Below, one piece after another: positions 1-11,950 of a stretch of 64,000 bases of DNA. Source of the DNA: Malacoraja senta (taxonomy: Eukaryota); the NCBI GenBank assembly GCA_038087875.1, contig CM075996.1, positions 4,900,001-4,964,000 on the forward strand, in the 5' to 3' direction. Positions within the stretch are counted from its first letter, which is position 1. Each line of letters begins with the position of its first letter. The translations under genes were made by a program, and so were the position numbers. The notes beneath the pieces are model-generated. The model did no database searches and had not been told where the DNA came from. It saw only the letters and a list, made by a program, of their open reading frames with translations.

Positions 1-338
1 GAGAAGACACCCAGCAACTGGTGATGTCCATGAATCGCCGACTTCAAGAAGTCATTGCATGCAAAGGATATGCAACAAAATACTAAACATGACTACTTTC
101 ATTTAGATGACATTACTGTGTCCCAAACATTATGGTGCCATGAAATGGGGGCACTGTGTATAAACACTGCTGTAATTTCTACATGGTGAAACCAAAATGT
201 ATAAAAATGGCCTTTATTAAAATCTGACAATGTGCACTTTAACCACATGTGGTTTTTTCTATTATAAATCTCAAATTGTGGAGTAGAGGCAAATAAATAA
301 ATGATGGTTCTTTGTCCCAAACATTATGGAGGGCACTA
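1..338 (+). mobile_element. 3' end of a Tc1/mariner IR/DR transposon (transposase C-terminus and right inverted repeat)
   Basis: 3..86 reads EDTQQLVMSMNRRLQEVIACKGYATKY*, a typical Tc1 C-terminus. Direct repeat TGTCCCAAACATTATGG at ~118 and ~313. Ends GGAGGGCACT(a) followed by TA. Confidence 0.8.
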
Positions 339-1299
339 TATGAATTATTTTTTAGGCCTCAAGTCAGGTTATTTTGCCCAGATCCATTCTGTGTACCACA
401 CCATATAAATTAAGCATGTTCGGAGAGTCTGCACGTTTAGTAGGATTAAGATTAGTCGTATTTAGCACAACAGTACCCGGAATAAGAGACTTCATGTGGC
501 ATAAAAAGAGATGCTGAGATTTTCCATGACAGAAATGCTCAAATCAATCAGGTTTTGGTGGACAGGTAGTTTTGCAAATTTAAGTCATGAGAAAAACTTT
601 GTGTTGGGGGAAATTCAATGAGCTATGAAGAGATAGAATGCACTGCCTGCAGGATGATGAAAGCACCTTCAAAGATTCAACAATATCACAACTGATTGAA
701 CAGTTTTTCTGTGCTTTTTGATTCAATGATAACCATGGATTATCCTGAAAACAAGAAAATCCCAGCTTCCTTCTGCAAGCAATGCATGGATTTGGAGGAA
801 CGTTCTTAGATAACCACAAACCACAGATTATACAGGAATGCAAGTTAATGTGCAACTATATGAACTGTCATAGTTTAGTCCCATGATAGTAGCACATACA
901 GCCTTTGATGGCACAAAACTCACTGCTGGAACACCCAGTGTATGGTTCAAGTTGGGATACAAATTTCACACTGGTCTTTCACCTTTCTCTTTAAAAACAA
1001 AATAGTAAAAAGCCATCTGTCCACACCAGGCCCCTTTAAAATGCTGCATAAAAGACCAACAAAAATTCTTACCTGCACCAGGTATCTCTCAAGAACATGA
1101 GGCACCATCTAGTATCATAACACTTACATATCCTTTAGCCCATTCAATGATATGAATCCTCATGGGAAAAGTTTTTTTTGTTTAATTACAAAGAACAGCC
1201 TTTTCCTCCCACATTCCAAAACCTGAACAAATTCTCCTGGAAATTGGTCAGGAGATCCCTTTTTCAGATTCACTAAATGCTGACTAAAATATCAGGTAC

Positions 1300-1357
1300 C
1301 TTTGGTGCCTCCGGGAATTTCGGGTGTTCTGCTGGAGGAGGTACAGTTGCTCCCATA
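1300..1357 (-). CDS. ST13: ST13 (Hsc70-interacting protein, Hip) coding exon 2
   Basis: CAG|T ATG GGA...AAG|GT; 58 nt; (S)MGATVPPPAEHPKFPEAPK continues exon 1 in frame. The gene continues past the left window edge. Confidence 0.88.
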
Positions 1358-4243
1358 CTGTAAAGAAGATGCAAAAAAAAGAGATTTTAAAAAACATCGA
1401 AAATTAACAGATCAGGCGTGGCTGCATTGATAACTGTGTTGGTCTCAAAATCCTTTCTTAATCTATGTAATCCAAGGCCTCAAGAGAATACAAATACAAA
1501 TTTATGATGGAAATACAAGGAACTGCAGATGCTGGTTTACAAAAAAAGACAGTGCTGGAGTAACACAGGGTCTCGACCCAAGACCTCACGTATCCCTGTT
1601 CTCCCGAGATGCTGCCTGACCTGCTGAGTTACTCCAGCACTTTGGGTCTTTTTTTTTAACCTTTTTATGATGCCCATTTCTCATCTCTTCCTCACAGGTT
1701 CACAGATAAATGCATTTTAAAAGAAATGAATACTGTAGCAAAGTTAAATGGAATTAGTTCAGTTTAGGTCCACCACTGATTTTCTGGCAACTAGTGGTAT
1801 GGCACCTCCATTAATCCAGACAAAATTACAAAAGTGTGCTTGAAATCTCCCCCAAAATGTAGCACCTTGGCCGAGTGAGACAGGCGATCTTCACCTCATC
1901 GGGACTTCCACACCGATCAATGGGTCGAATGTTTCAACTGCGGCTGGGGCTCTGGAACTTTGGCCCAGCCGGCAGATCCGTTCCCATAGCTGGCAGATCC
2001 GTTCGCACAGGCGACTTCCCAGGCCGGTATCTTGGGTGCTGCCTGCATAGTTTGCCCGCGTAGGGTTCTTCCGGTTTCCTCCCACATTCCAAAGACGCGC
2101 AGGTTTGTAGGTTAATTGCCCTGGTCTGTACGGAATGGATGTGAAAGTGGGATAATAGAACTACTGTGAACGGGTGATCGATGGTCGGCGTGGAGTTGGT
2201 AGGCCGGAGGGCCTATGTCCATCCTGTATCTTTCAATCAATTTCTATCAATCAATCCTACTGAAGTTACTATATTTCAGCTCAAATTACAACTGAGAACA
2301 GACAATACAGTCAAGATGTATTTTCCTTGGCAAATCCTCTGACAGAGGCATAGAAACAAGTGGAGGGTTGCGTTAAATGAGCAACCTAATTAACCAATTA
2401 AAATAGACCTGAAGAGTTGAATGGGCCACTTTGTACCAAGTGACACTAGGAAAGTTCAAGACAAAAGATACAAACTAGATCCAGGTACCGGAAAACCATC
2501 CTAACCTCCAGCATCGGGTAAAGGAAATATACTGTGCATCATATGTTGAAAATGTGCAATGCACAAATTCTTGAAAAAATACAGGGCTCGTACAGTATTG
2601 TCAAATCTACACGACAGAATGGCTATTTGGTTGTACATTGCAGTCTTTCAAGCTTCTGGGTTAAAAAAAATCCTTCATCCACACCAATTTCAGTTTTTTT
2701 TTAAAATTGTCATCTCTCGCCAATCCACCAAAAATATGTCAATTTTGATCAAACTATTCAATAACCACAAGTTTGCAAGTCAACTGCTATTGAAGTGTGG
2801 CGGGCTTAAGACAAACAGCCCCTGAGGATTGGTGATATTTCTGGACAGTGAACTAAGGTATCAGGATACATTCCAATGGTATTACAGCCGCATGCAGAGG
2901 ATTAGATTTCACTATCCGTAACCCAGATTGAATTATATCTTGCAGTTAAATTCTGAGCAACCAGATTGGACATTAAACAAACTATTACTACTGATTCTTC
3001 TCGATCTTGATTACTCAGCAGGTCCTCTAAATTTATTGGCAGAAATCCACAAATTAGCTAATTAACAGCAGCGGAAATTGATCGCATGGTTTGGTGCAGA
3101 AGAAAAATCAGACTGTTCAAAAGTTCATAAATTCTAGGAGCAGAATTAGCACATTCAGTCCATCAAGTCTACTCCGCCATTCAATCATGGCTGATCTATC
3201 TTTCCCTCGCAACCCTATATTCTCCTGCCTTCTCCCCACAACCCCTGACACCCTTACTAATCAAGAATCTGTCAATCTCCATCTTACAAATATCCATTGA
3301 CTTGGCCTCCACAGTCATCTGTGACAATGAATTCACCACCTTCTGGCTAAATAAATTACTCCTCATCTCCTTTTTAAAGGTTTAAGAAGGAACTGCAGAT
3401 GCTGGAAAAATCGAAGGTAGACTCAGTCTGAAGAAGGGTCTCGACCAGAAATGTCACCTATTCCTTCGCTCCTTTTTAAAGGTATGTCCTTTTATTCTGA
3501 GGCAATGGCCTCTGGTTCCAGACACGCTCACTAGTGGAAACATCCTCTCCACATTCATTCTATCCAAGTCTTTCACTATTCGGTAAGTTTCAATGAGGTC
3601 CTCCCTCATCCTTCTAAACTCTTGCAATGATTGCTGACAGGGTGCATATTGGGAAAGGGGGATCTACACTGATTTGACAATTGTCTACAGGTAGTAGTAT
3701 CATTTGATGGGCAGGCTAGGCTTGCATCGGCTAGAGTTCAATATAGATGGGATTTGATTCAAACATGCAAGATCCTGAGGGCAGATGCAAAATGCTGCAA
3801 GAGAGGGTGTGCTCCACTGCAAAATCTTATGGTATGCCTACTTTGAAGAAGTTCTCCCTCTCTCTGATGAGAGTTCTGCAACACCCTCTCTCGCTGCTCC
3901 CCCTCTGTGATTCTGTTTTCACACCTTACCCGTCCATATCTCCAGACTCCCTCTCCTTGACTCTGAAGAAGGGTCTCAGAATAAAATATTTTTAAGGCAG
4001 AGGTGGATGGATAGTTAATAAGGTAAAAGGGTAAAAAGTTACCAAGAATAGAACAGGAATGTAGAGTTGAGGTTACAATCAGATCATCCATGACCATTTA
4101 AATGGTGGAGCAGTGTAGGAACGAATTGCAGATGCTGGTTTAAATCAAAGACACAAAATGCTGGAGTAATTCAACGGGACAGGTAGCATCTCTGAAGAGA
4201 AGGAATGGATGACATTTTGGATCGAGACCCTTCTTCAGACAGT

Positions 4244-4271
4244 CTGAGGAAGGGTCTCAACCCGAAACGTC
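4244..4271 (+). ncRNA. Minimal type-I hammerhead ribozyme motif in a Penelope-derived element
   Basis: CTGAGGA-A-GGGT-CTCA-ACCC-GAAA-CG-TC: core, 4-bp stem II, palindromic ACGT stem III, GUC triplet. Confidence 0.55.
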
Positions 4272-5092
4272 ACCCATTCTTTCTCTCCAGAGATGCTGCC
4301 TGTCCCGCTGAGTTACTCCAGCATTTTATGTCTATAAATGGTGGAGCAGCGTCTCCTGCTCCTAATTCATATGTTTAGATATATTTAATCCTCATTAAAA
4401 GAGCCATTTGGGAAATATACCAAATGACAATCACAACCACTGCCAATGGAACGCGGCTCAATTAGAACAAAATTTCAAGGAACAAAGAATAAGACCAAAG
4501 TAATAAACAGGAAACTAAAGGGACAGATCAGAAGACAAAGATCCAGTGTGCTCTGTCCAAAACAGTAAGCATGCCAAAGTAAGTCAACATGTTTTAGAAT
4601 AATGGGCACACAACTCTCCATTTATGCACCTTGCCAGCAGTGCAAGAAATGCCACTGACGTAGCTGGAGGCTTTCACTCGATCTTTCACAGTAAAATTAC
4701 CGCTCCAATGGTTCCATTCTGTACACTTAATCGAAGATGTGAATAATTTGAAATTTCATGCTTGCTTACAAAGATCAATAGAAATTTTAATGTAATAAAA
4801 TAATTGGACAATACATTTTGTTGCTCTCACAAAAACTTCCGTCAAATACTTCCTTCAGAAGATACATTTACAATGCTTTGCTTCAGACTGACTCTCTCCC
4901 TCTAGTATTTCTACACTAAATACAGTTAATAAAAGCAGCCTTTTTTTATTAGGTCACTAACCTGTTACATAAGCAGTACTCCTAACTTCTTAAAAAAACA
5001 ATCACCTTCAATCATCACCAATGCTGACAGCCGAACTCAGATGAGAGATCAGACTTGCAATTTACATCAGTGGTACATTGCCTCAGGTCCAT

Positions 5093-5493
5093 TATGGGTC
5101 TACCCCACTTAGGCGATTTTTAGGCGACTGTCATAGTCGTAGCAGGTCTCAGAAAAAACGGCGACTGGACTAATGGGCCTGTCCCCCTTCTGCAAGTATT
5201 CAGGCGACTGCCAGCGAATACGACAATGGAATTCACCGGTCAGCACCGGCAACAAACCTACGTTACCTGGTGACAACCTATGACAGCACCTACGTCAAGC
5301 CATGCTCATTGGCGTCAAACCCACGGTCGCCGAAAATGTTTCAACATGTTGAAAATCCAGCGGCGACCAGAAAGACGCCACGTCTCTTTGGGTGATTGAG
5401 GAGACTACTCACGACCATACAGGCGACACCCCGGCGACCATGTGGCGACAGCCTAGTCGCCTAAAAAAATCGCATAAGTGGGACAAGCCCATA
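5093..5493. mobile_element. MITE with GGGCCTGTCCCACT-type terminal inverted repeats (PIF/Harbinger-like)
   Basis: TATGGG..CCCACTTAGGCGATTTTTAGGCGAC ... GTCGCCTAAAAAAATCGCATAAGTGGGACAAGCCCATA. Related copies at ~7395-7695 and 34791-34971. Confidence 0.7.
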
Positions 5494-5509
5494 GGTACTT
5501 CTCACTCCT

Positions 5510-6232
5510 CTCCCATCCCCCTCCCCCCCTTACCACATCCTTCATTGCAGTACTTCTCACCCAGTCTGACCCCGCCCCACACCCTGACCCCGCCCCACAC
5601 CCTGACCCCGCCCCACACCCTGACCCCTCCCCATTCTGCACCGCCACACCACACTTTATCCACTCACTCCCTCTCCACCAAAGATCCTATCGCTATAGGA
5701 TCTTTGCTCTCCACCCCCTCATACCCCCACCACCCTCCCACCCACCCAAACCCCCCTCCCCACCTCACTCCTTCCACACCTCACTCCTTCCCATCTCACC
5801 CCCCCTTTCGCTTCCCACTCCACACCTCACCCTCCCTCCACACCCCACCTCACTCCTTCCCACCTCCCTCACCCCCCACCTCACCCTCCCTCCACACCCC
5901 ACCTCACTCCTTCCCACCTCTTCCTCACCCCCCACCTCACCCTCCACACCTCACCCTCCCTCCACACCCCACCCCCCCCCTTTCCCTTCCCACCCCACCC
6001 TCCACACCTCACCTCACCCTCCCTCCACACCTCACCTCACTCCTTCCCACCTCTCCCTCACCCCCCCCCCACCTCACCCTCCACACCTCACCCTCCCTCC
6101 ACACCCCACCCCACCCCCCCTCTCCGTTCCCACCTCACCTCACCCTCCACACCACACCTCACCCCCCCCTCACTCCTTCCCGCCCCACCCCCCCCCCCAA
6201 CCTCACCCTCCACACCTCACCCCCCCCCTCAC
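5510..6232. repeat. C-rich low-complexity/minisatellite tract in ST13 intron 1
   Basis: Repeats of CACCTCACCCTCC..., plus three ~18-bp CCCTGACCCCGCCCCACA units at ~5567-5630. Confidence 0.9.
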
Positions 6233-6342
6233 CTCTCCAGCCACTCCTTGAAGAAGCGCAGCTCGCCCATGTGCAGCACGCTCGGGCTCCCTTTGCAGTG
6301 CTGCACGAAGGCGCTGAGATCGCGGAGTTTCTGCGCGTCCAT
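6233..6342 (-). CDS. ST13: ST13 coding exon 1
   Basis: ATG at 6342; MDAQKLRDLSAFVQHCKGSPSVLHMGELRFFKEWLE(S) matches the Hip N-terminal dimerisation domain; donor AG|GTGAGG; 110 nt; in a CpG island. Confidence 0.93.
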
Positions 6343-6830
6343 CGTGCTCCGTTGCTGCAGCTTCGCCTCCTCCCCCTCCCCGCGCGCGCGCGCCAGTCGG
6401 TCTCAGCAGCCGCACCAGCAGCTCGCGCACCTTCTGGCGGAATCTTCTGGAACTAGCTCTCCCGCCTCCCGCCAGCTTCGGAGTCAAGACTCCACCCCCT
6501 TTAAAACCAACAAAACCATAGTTTAATATGAAACTTTTACTTTTGCCGGCAACATAACGAAACTTGCTGTGAACCTCTCCTGACAATTGGCACCCCCGGA
6601 TTTTTTTTAATGTATTTTAATAGCCGGCAGCGACGCGGACGCCCACGAGGTGGCTCCTGACCGTTGAACCTTCGTGACCTTCCAGCCCGCCAATGGTTGG
6701 TGAGCATTACGTCATCCCCGACCAATGGGCGGGGGCTACGGCACGGGCAGCGCGCCTGCGGTTGAGAAGGACCGGGCGGAGGGGGATCCTCGCCCAATGA
6801 CGGGGAAGAACAAACATGGAGAACCCGTGG
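6343..6830. promoter_or_regulatory. CpG-island bidirectional promoter ST13/XPNPEP3
   Basis: CpG-rich. Perfect HSE GAAtcTTCtgGAA at 6440-6452, degenerate HSE at 6666-6683, CCAAT boxes at ~6690, ~6722 and ~6794, CRE-like TTACGTCA at ~6707, GC boxes. Confidence 0.75.
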
Positions 6831-7156
6831 AGATTTGATCTCGGTTTTTAGATCTAACGAGTTATAAATGAAGGCGCGGATTGACAATGATTCCCCAAAC
6901 TGTAAGAAACATCAGTTCTGCTGTAAAGACTCTCAGGATTCAAGGTCAGAGTCTGAACCTCCCTCCAAGTCCTTTGGTGATCCGGGGGCTGATGGTGTGA
7001 TTTGGGAGCGCACTGTTTTGTTGTATGGAAGGCTCGGTGTTAAATGGGCAAAGTGGCTCAGTTAAAATCGACCCTCGTAAACTAAACTAAAACAACCCTT
7101 GACGAATGTCACCACCTGTGACTTTACTCAGTTCCATCATTTTTGTCCCTCTCAGT

Positions 7157-7185
7157 CTGAAGAAGGGTCTCGACCCTGAAACGTC
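7157..7185 (+). ncRNA. Minimal type-I hammerhead ribozyme motif
   Basis: CTGAAGA-AGGGT-CTCG-ACCCT-GAAA-CG-TC: 5-bp stem II with canonical spacing. Confidence 0.55.
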
Positions 7186-9329
7186 ACAAACCGTCTCTGG
7201 ATGCTTTCAAGAGAGAGCTCTTAAAATTAGCGGAGTCAGGGGATATGGGGAGAAGGCAGGAACGGGGTACTGATTGGGGATGATCAGCCATGATCACATT
7301 GAATGGCGGTGCTGGCTCGAAGGGCCTACTCCTGCACCTATTGTCCATTGTCACCCACTGCTTCTCTCCAGAGATGCTGCCTGACCCGCTGAGTACCACT
7401 TTACAAGCTAACTCAAGAGTTCTCCCGAGTTGCCCCTGATTCGAACTTGGAGAATTACGGTAATAGCCGTTCGTAGGTACTCGGGGCTCTCATTGGCATT
7501 TTTCAACATGTTGAAAAATCTTCACGATCTTACCGCGTTTCCCGAGTACCTGCCGTTAGCGTTACCAGCCGCTAAGAGACGTCCCGAGCTCCGACGTACC
7601 CGCTACGTACATTCTACGTGCTTACCACGAGTTTGATTTTTTTTTTAACTCAGGAGAGCTCTTGGGTAACCTCGTATAGTGGGATAGGCCCATTACTCCA
7701 GCATTTTGTGTCCACCATCTTTCTACCAGTTAATCTGTCCTGTTTTTCATCCTCAAACCGTTTGTGTTCTTTCCACACTCTCTGCATCTTAAAGAAGGGC
7801 CTAGGGTTCACCTGGATCGAGGGCGCTCCAGTATTTCCAACATGTGTATTGGATTTTGGATTATTTTTTTATTTTTCTTTGTAATGAACACCAAAATATG
7901 GTCACTGTGCATTTGTGAGTAATGCAAAAGAATTTAACTGTGCTGTGCATGCGTGAAAATAAAGAACCATTGAAGGCTGCACTGTGACGTAGTTGATCGA
8001 ACCACTGGAGATGCAAAGAACTGCGGATGCGGGGATCTCGAGTAAAACAAAGTGCTGGAGGAACTCAGTGTGTCAGGCAGCATCTGTGGGGGGAATGGAT
8101 GGGTAACGTTTTGGGTCAGGACAGTTCCTCAGAACTGATAGAATCTCGACTGCAACATCCGTGCTTCATCCTAAATTCGGCTGCTGTCTGTGTGGCATTT
8201 GAACGTTCTTCCTGTGTGGGTTTCCTCCTGCAACACAAAGAGGGATGGGTGGTCATTAAATTGCCTCTGCTGTTTAGATGAACAGTAGAGTCTGGGGGGT
8301 AACTCATGGAGATGTTGGGGAAGTAGTGCCAAAACGTTGCCTGTCCATTCCCTCCATAGATGCCACCCAACTCACTAAGTTCCTTTAGCACTAAGTTTTG
8401 CTCAAGATTCCGGCACCTGCAGTTCCATTTGAGTTTAGCTAATGGGGAACATTAATAAGGGATGGGACTGCTCCCTGGCTTAGCATACATTTGAGACTTC
8501 ACACTTCATCACAGGGCTTCACACTAGGTCATAAGGCAATACAGTAACGATGGCTAAAACAGCTTATATCCTCCTTCATGGACTGATTGAGTGGGGGGAA
8601 AAGAGACTTCTACACATTAAAAGTTCTGATGGAGAGTCCCTGACCTAAAATGGTGATTCTATTGATTTCTATCGATACTGCCTGACCTACTGAGATTGTT
8701 CAGCGTTCTCTGTATTCATCTTAAAAATTAAAGTTCTCATTACTTTCTCTAAGTAGACTGCCATCACAGTTAAATATTGCTAACGCATAGGATAATACTC
8801 AGAGTCAAGCAACATCTGTGGAGTGAGAAACAATGTTTCAGGTTATTGGATTTTGATCAGAACTCTGAAAAATTAGAGCGAGAACAAGTTTTAAGATTGG
8901 AGAAACTAGTTTGGAGAGTATGCGAATGATCAGACGGTGAGGAACAGGAGAGATGAACTGGTAAAAAGTTGATGGAGCAGAGTGTAAGAGGGTGGTGCAG
9001 GAGTAAGTCACAACTGGCGACATTTATCAAGAGAAGAGGCTGTGAAAGCATGTCTTGGTAGAAACCTGATCAGAATGGACAAGGAAAATTTAATCTAGGG
9101 TTTTCACCATGTGAATACGATCTTAAAATTGAATACATGTTTTTTTTCAATTTAATATGTCATTTACAATATCATCTGCTCTTACTATTTCCCTACTTAT
9201 TGTAGGCTTTTAAAAAAATAAAAGTGTTGTAAAAAATATTGTTCAGATTATTGCATTGTTGAATATGGGATTGTTCTCATCTGCGATGATATCCATTTTG
9301 CTGGACCAACAGAGGTCACGTAATACACA

Positions 9330-9925
9330 CAATACACCTCAGACCCACAAATTATACCCCTCTCATGTCTCTAAAGCACTATGATCTGCTAGAACCTTAA
9401 TTAAAACAAATATTAAATAAATATGTGGATTTCAAATATGTTTGAAACATTACACCTAGAAGAGATAAGACTCCTCCTAGCAGGTAAACCAGATCATTTC
9501 CACCTGACGTGGTCTGCATTTATAGAATTATTACAAACATAAGGTGCAAAAGTACTTAAAAAAAAAAATTGAGGTCAGGTAAGGGGGGATGATAGTTGAA
9601 GAGTTGGTATGTCCAATTTGCGTAATGCTCATAAAAATATTTGTTTCTCTCTTTTTCCTCTTTCTTTCTTTTTTTCCTAGGGTCTATTTCTTAACTCTTT
9701 TCTTTTGTTTTTAATTTTGCTCTTATAGGGTCTTTGTCCTTTTTTGTTGTCACATTTCCTACACTTCCACTTTTTCCTTCACTTTCTTCTTTCTTTCAAT
9801 CTTTTCCTTTTCTAGTGTAAAAAATAAATGGAGTACATTAATTGTAAGAAGATATAAATGACAAGTACTAATGTATGTGGTTGTAATGTAATGTACTTCT
9901 AATAAAATACAAATTAAAAAAAATA
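9330..9925 (+). mobile_element. L1-clade LINE 3' fragment
   Basis: ETLHLEEIRLLLAGKPDHFHLTWSAFIELLQT* (~9443-9542) resembles the ORF2 C-terminus, followed by a T-rich 3'UTR, AATAAA and an A-rich tail. Confidence 0.6.
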
Positions 9926-11060
9926 TATATATATATTAAATATAAATTAATTTTACATCAAAATTTGCATTTCTTGCATGGGCAGCCTGGTGCCAGTTAA
10001 AAAGTTGCCCTCGTAGTCCAAATTAGGGTCGGAACGGTGGCCGTCCGCATGACCAAGGCGCTGTTTTTCTGGCAGGACTACCGGGTAGACCCCTGACAAT
10101 TTGCCAAAAATGCAGTAGGGCAGGTGCCCGCCTACCACCTGACGTGGGTCTCCGAGAAGAGGTCAATGGTCCGCCGGGTGGGCCGAGATTCCAGCCTACA
10201 AAGTCATCCATGGAAGTTGGCTATGGGAACGGATTCGCCGGCTCTGGTCGGGTGAGAGTTCCAGAGACCCAGCCATAGGGAGCAAAATTGACCTGCTGAT
10301 CGGCAACGAAAGTCCCGATGAACCTCAGATAGGCCTCCTCACCCGACCTAATCATCACCTAAGGGCGGGGGCGGGGGGGGTATTTCAATGTGCGCTCTCA
10401 TAATTTTGCCTGGATTAAAGGAAGTGCTGGACAAACCATTTCCGGAAAATCAGTGGTGGATTTGTACCAGAGACACTCAAAATGCGCATCAAAAATTACT
10501 GTGAGGAACAATTATATAGTATCAAAAGTGGCATACCTCTCTAGAACTTCAGTGTTATCAAATGAAATATTGTTCCTTGAATGCAACATTTGTATTATTA
10601 TTTAATCTTGATAGTTCAGGGTTTTGCTTTAGTGACAGTGATGTAACAAGATGTCTAAGTCCTTTTGGTGTAATGTTACCTATCATGCATGTTCCATCCC
10701 ACATCCCAAAGAAACCTGATTCAGCCAATCTAAAGAAAGGTCCTAACCTGAAATGTTGGGACCCTTCCTACTTCCTCTCTCTGATGGGAGACCCTCTCTC
10801 ACAGCTCCACCTCTGTGAATTAATCAGAAGGGTCCAAACCTGAAATGTCACCTCTCCATGTTCTCCAGAGATGCTGCCTGACCCACTGAGTAACACCAGC
10901 ACTTTGCCTTTTTTTTTAGTAAACCAGCGATTCCTTGTTTCTAAAATAAATTCAGTTATTATGTTGGAAGGACTAGTGAATATGTACACAGTGTGAACAT
11001 CACTGAAACTTTAATCATTTTAACCTGGATTTAATAGCTCTTTATATTTTCTCTCCTTAG

Positions 11061-11177
11061 GATGTACAAACTGCCTCTACAAGAGATTTTCCATCATGCC
11101 ATCTGGGCAGAAGAGTCTCCCCACTCGCTATCTTGGGCAGCCCAGTCCTTTTACACACCCCCATCTCCTCAAGACAG
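11061..11177 (+). CDS. XPNPEP3: XPNPEP3 (Xaa-Pro aminopeptidase 3) coding exon 2
   Basis: TAG|GA...ACAG|GT; CTNCLYKRFSIMPSGQKSLPTRYLGQPSPFTHPHLLKT; 117 nt. Confidence 0.92.
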
Positions 11178-11950
11178 GTTAGTAAAAGATTGTGACATGA
11201 TTAATCTGTAGTCGGGATTTTCAAACCAAGCAATCAAGCCAACATAATCGGACAAGGATAGTTCTCTGTGTACTTGTGCTGTTTCATTGCTGATTTCAAA
11301 GTTGTGGCCTTGAGGTTTGGATGAAACATATACTGTAAATCATTAGAATAGTAACATCTGCTGGATAGTAAGGTTGGATGCCTTTATTTATTTCTCTGGG
11401 GGATCTGAGCATCAATGCAAGGCTAGCATTTGCTGCCCTTCCCTAATTGTCTTACAGAGGGTAGTAGTGAGCCACCTCTTGACCTGCTGCAGTTGTGATG
11501 AAGGTATTCCCACAGCAACCGGAAATATATTGCTTTTCTTTCAGCATCGCTGGATCCAAATCCTAGAATTCCCTACCTAATTCCAAGTGAACGTACAGCA
11601 ACCTTGGAGGAGAACCTGCAGTTTGTAGCCATTCTTGTGTTATTAAAGTTATTATTGGTGCTAGAGTTTCTGTATTTGGAAGGTGTTTCCAGAGTAGCGT
11701 CAGCAGGTAACTGCAGGGCATTTTGCAGTTGGTACATACTGTAGCCACTATGCACTGGTGGTGGAAAGATTGAATGTTTAGGATAATGGTTAGGGTAGTG
11801 GCCAGGTGGATTTAAGATGTACATTAGCAAGGATCTATTTGGAAAGCTTAAAGGCACAATTTGACATGGCCTCTGCATGTTCTACATTCTCAATGAAATT
11901 ATCTGCAATTGAGGAGGTTGTTGGAACTTGCACATTTGAATATTTTTTAA

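Noticed and set aside
5392..6456. 354-aa and 257-aa Pro/His-rich ORFs
   Set aside because: Artefact of the C-rich low-complexity tract, antisense to ST13 exon 1/intron 1.
6868..7065. 65-aa ORF as XPNPEP3 exon 1
   Set aside because: Its donors are out of phase or create TGA when joined to exon 2, and it lacks presequence character.
1765..10470. Inverted homology between ~1765-2040 and ~10140-10470 flanking the promoter
   Set aside because: Two independent old copies of one DNA-transposon family, not the ends of one element.
6900..11060. DNAJB7 retrogene, nested in XPNPEP3 in human
   Set aside because: No J-domain/HPD ORF was found here.
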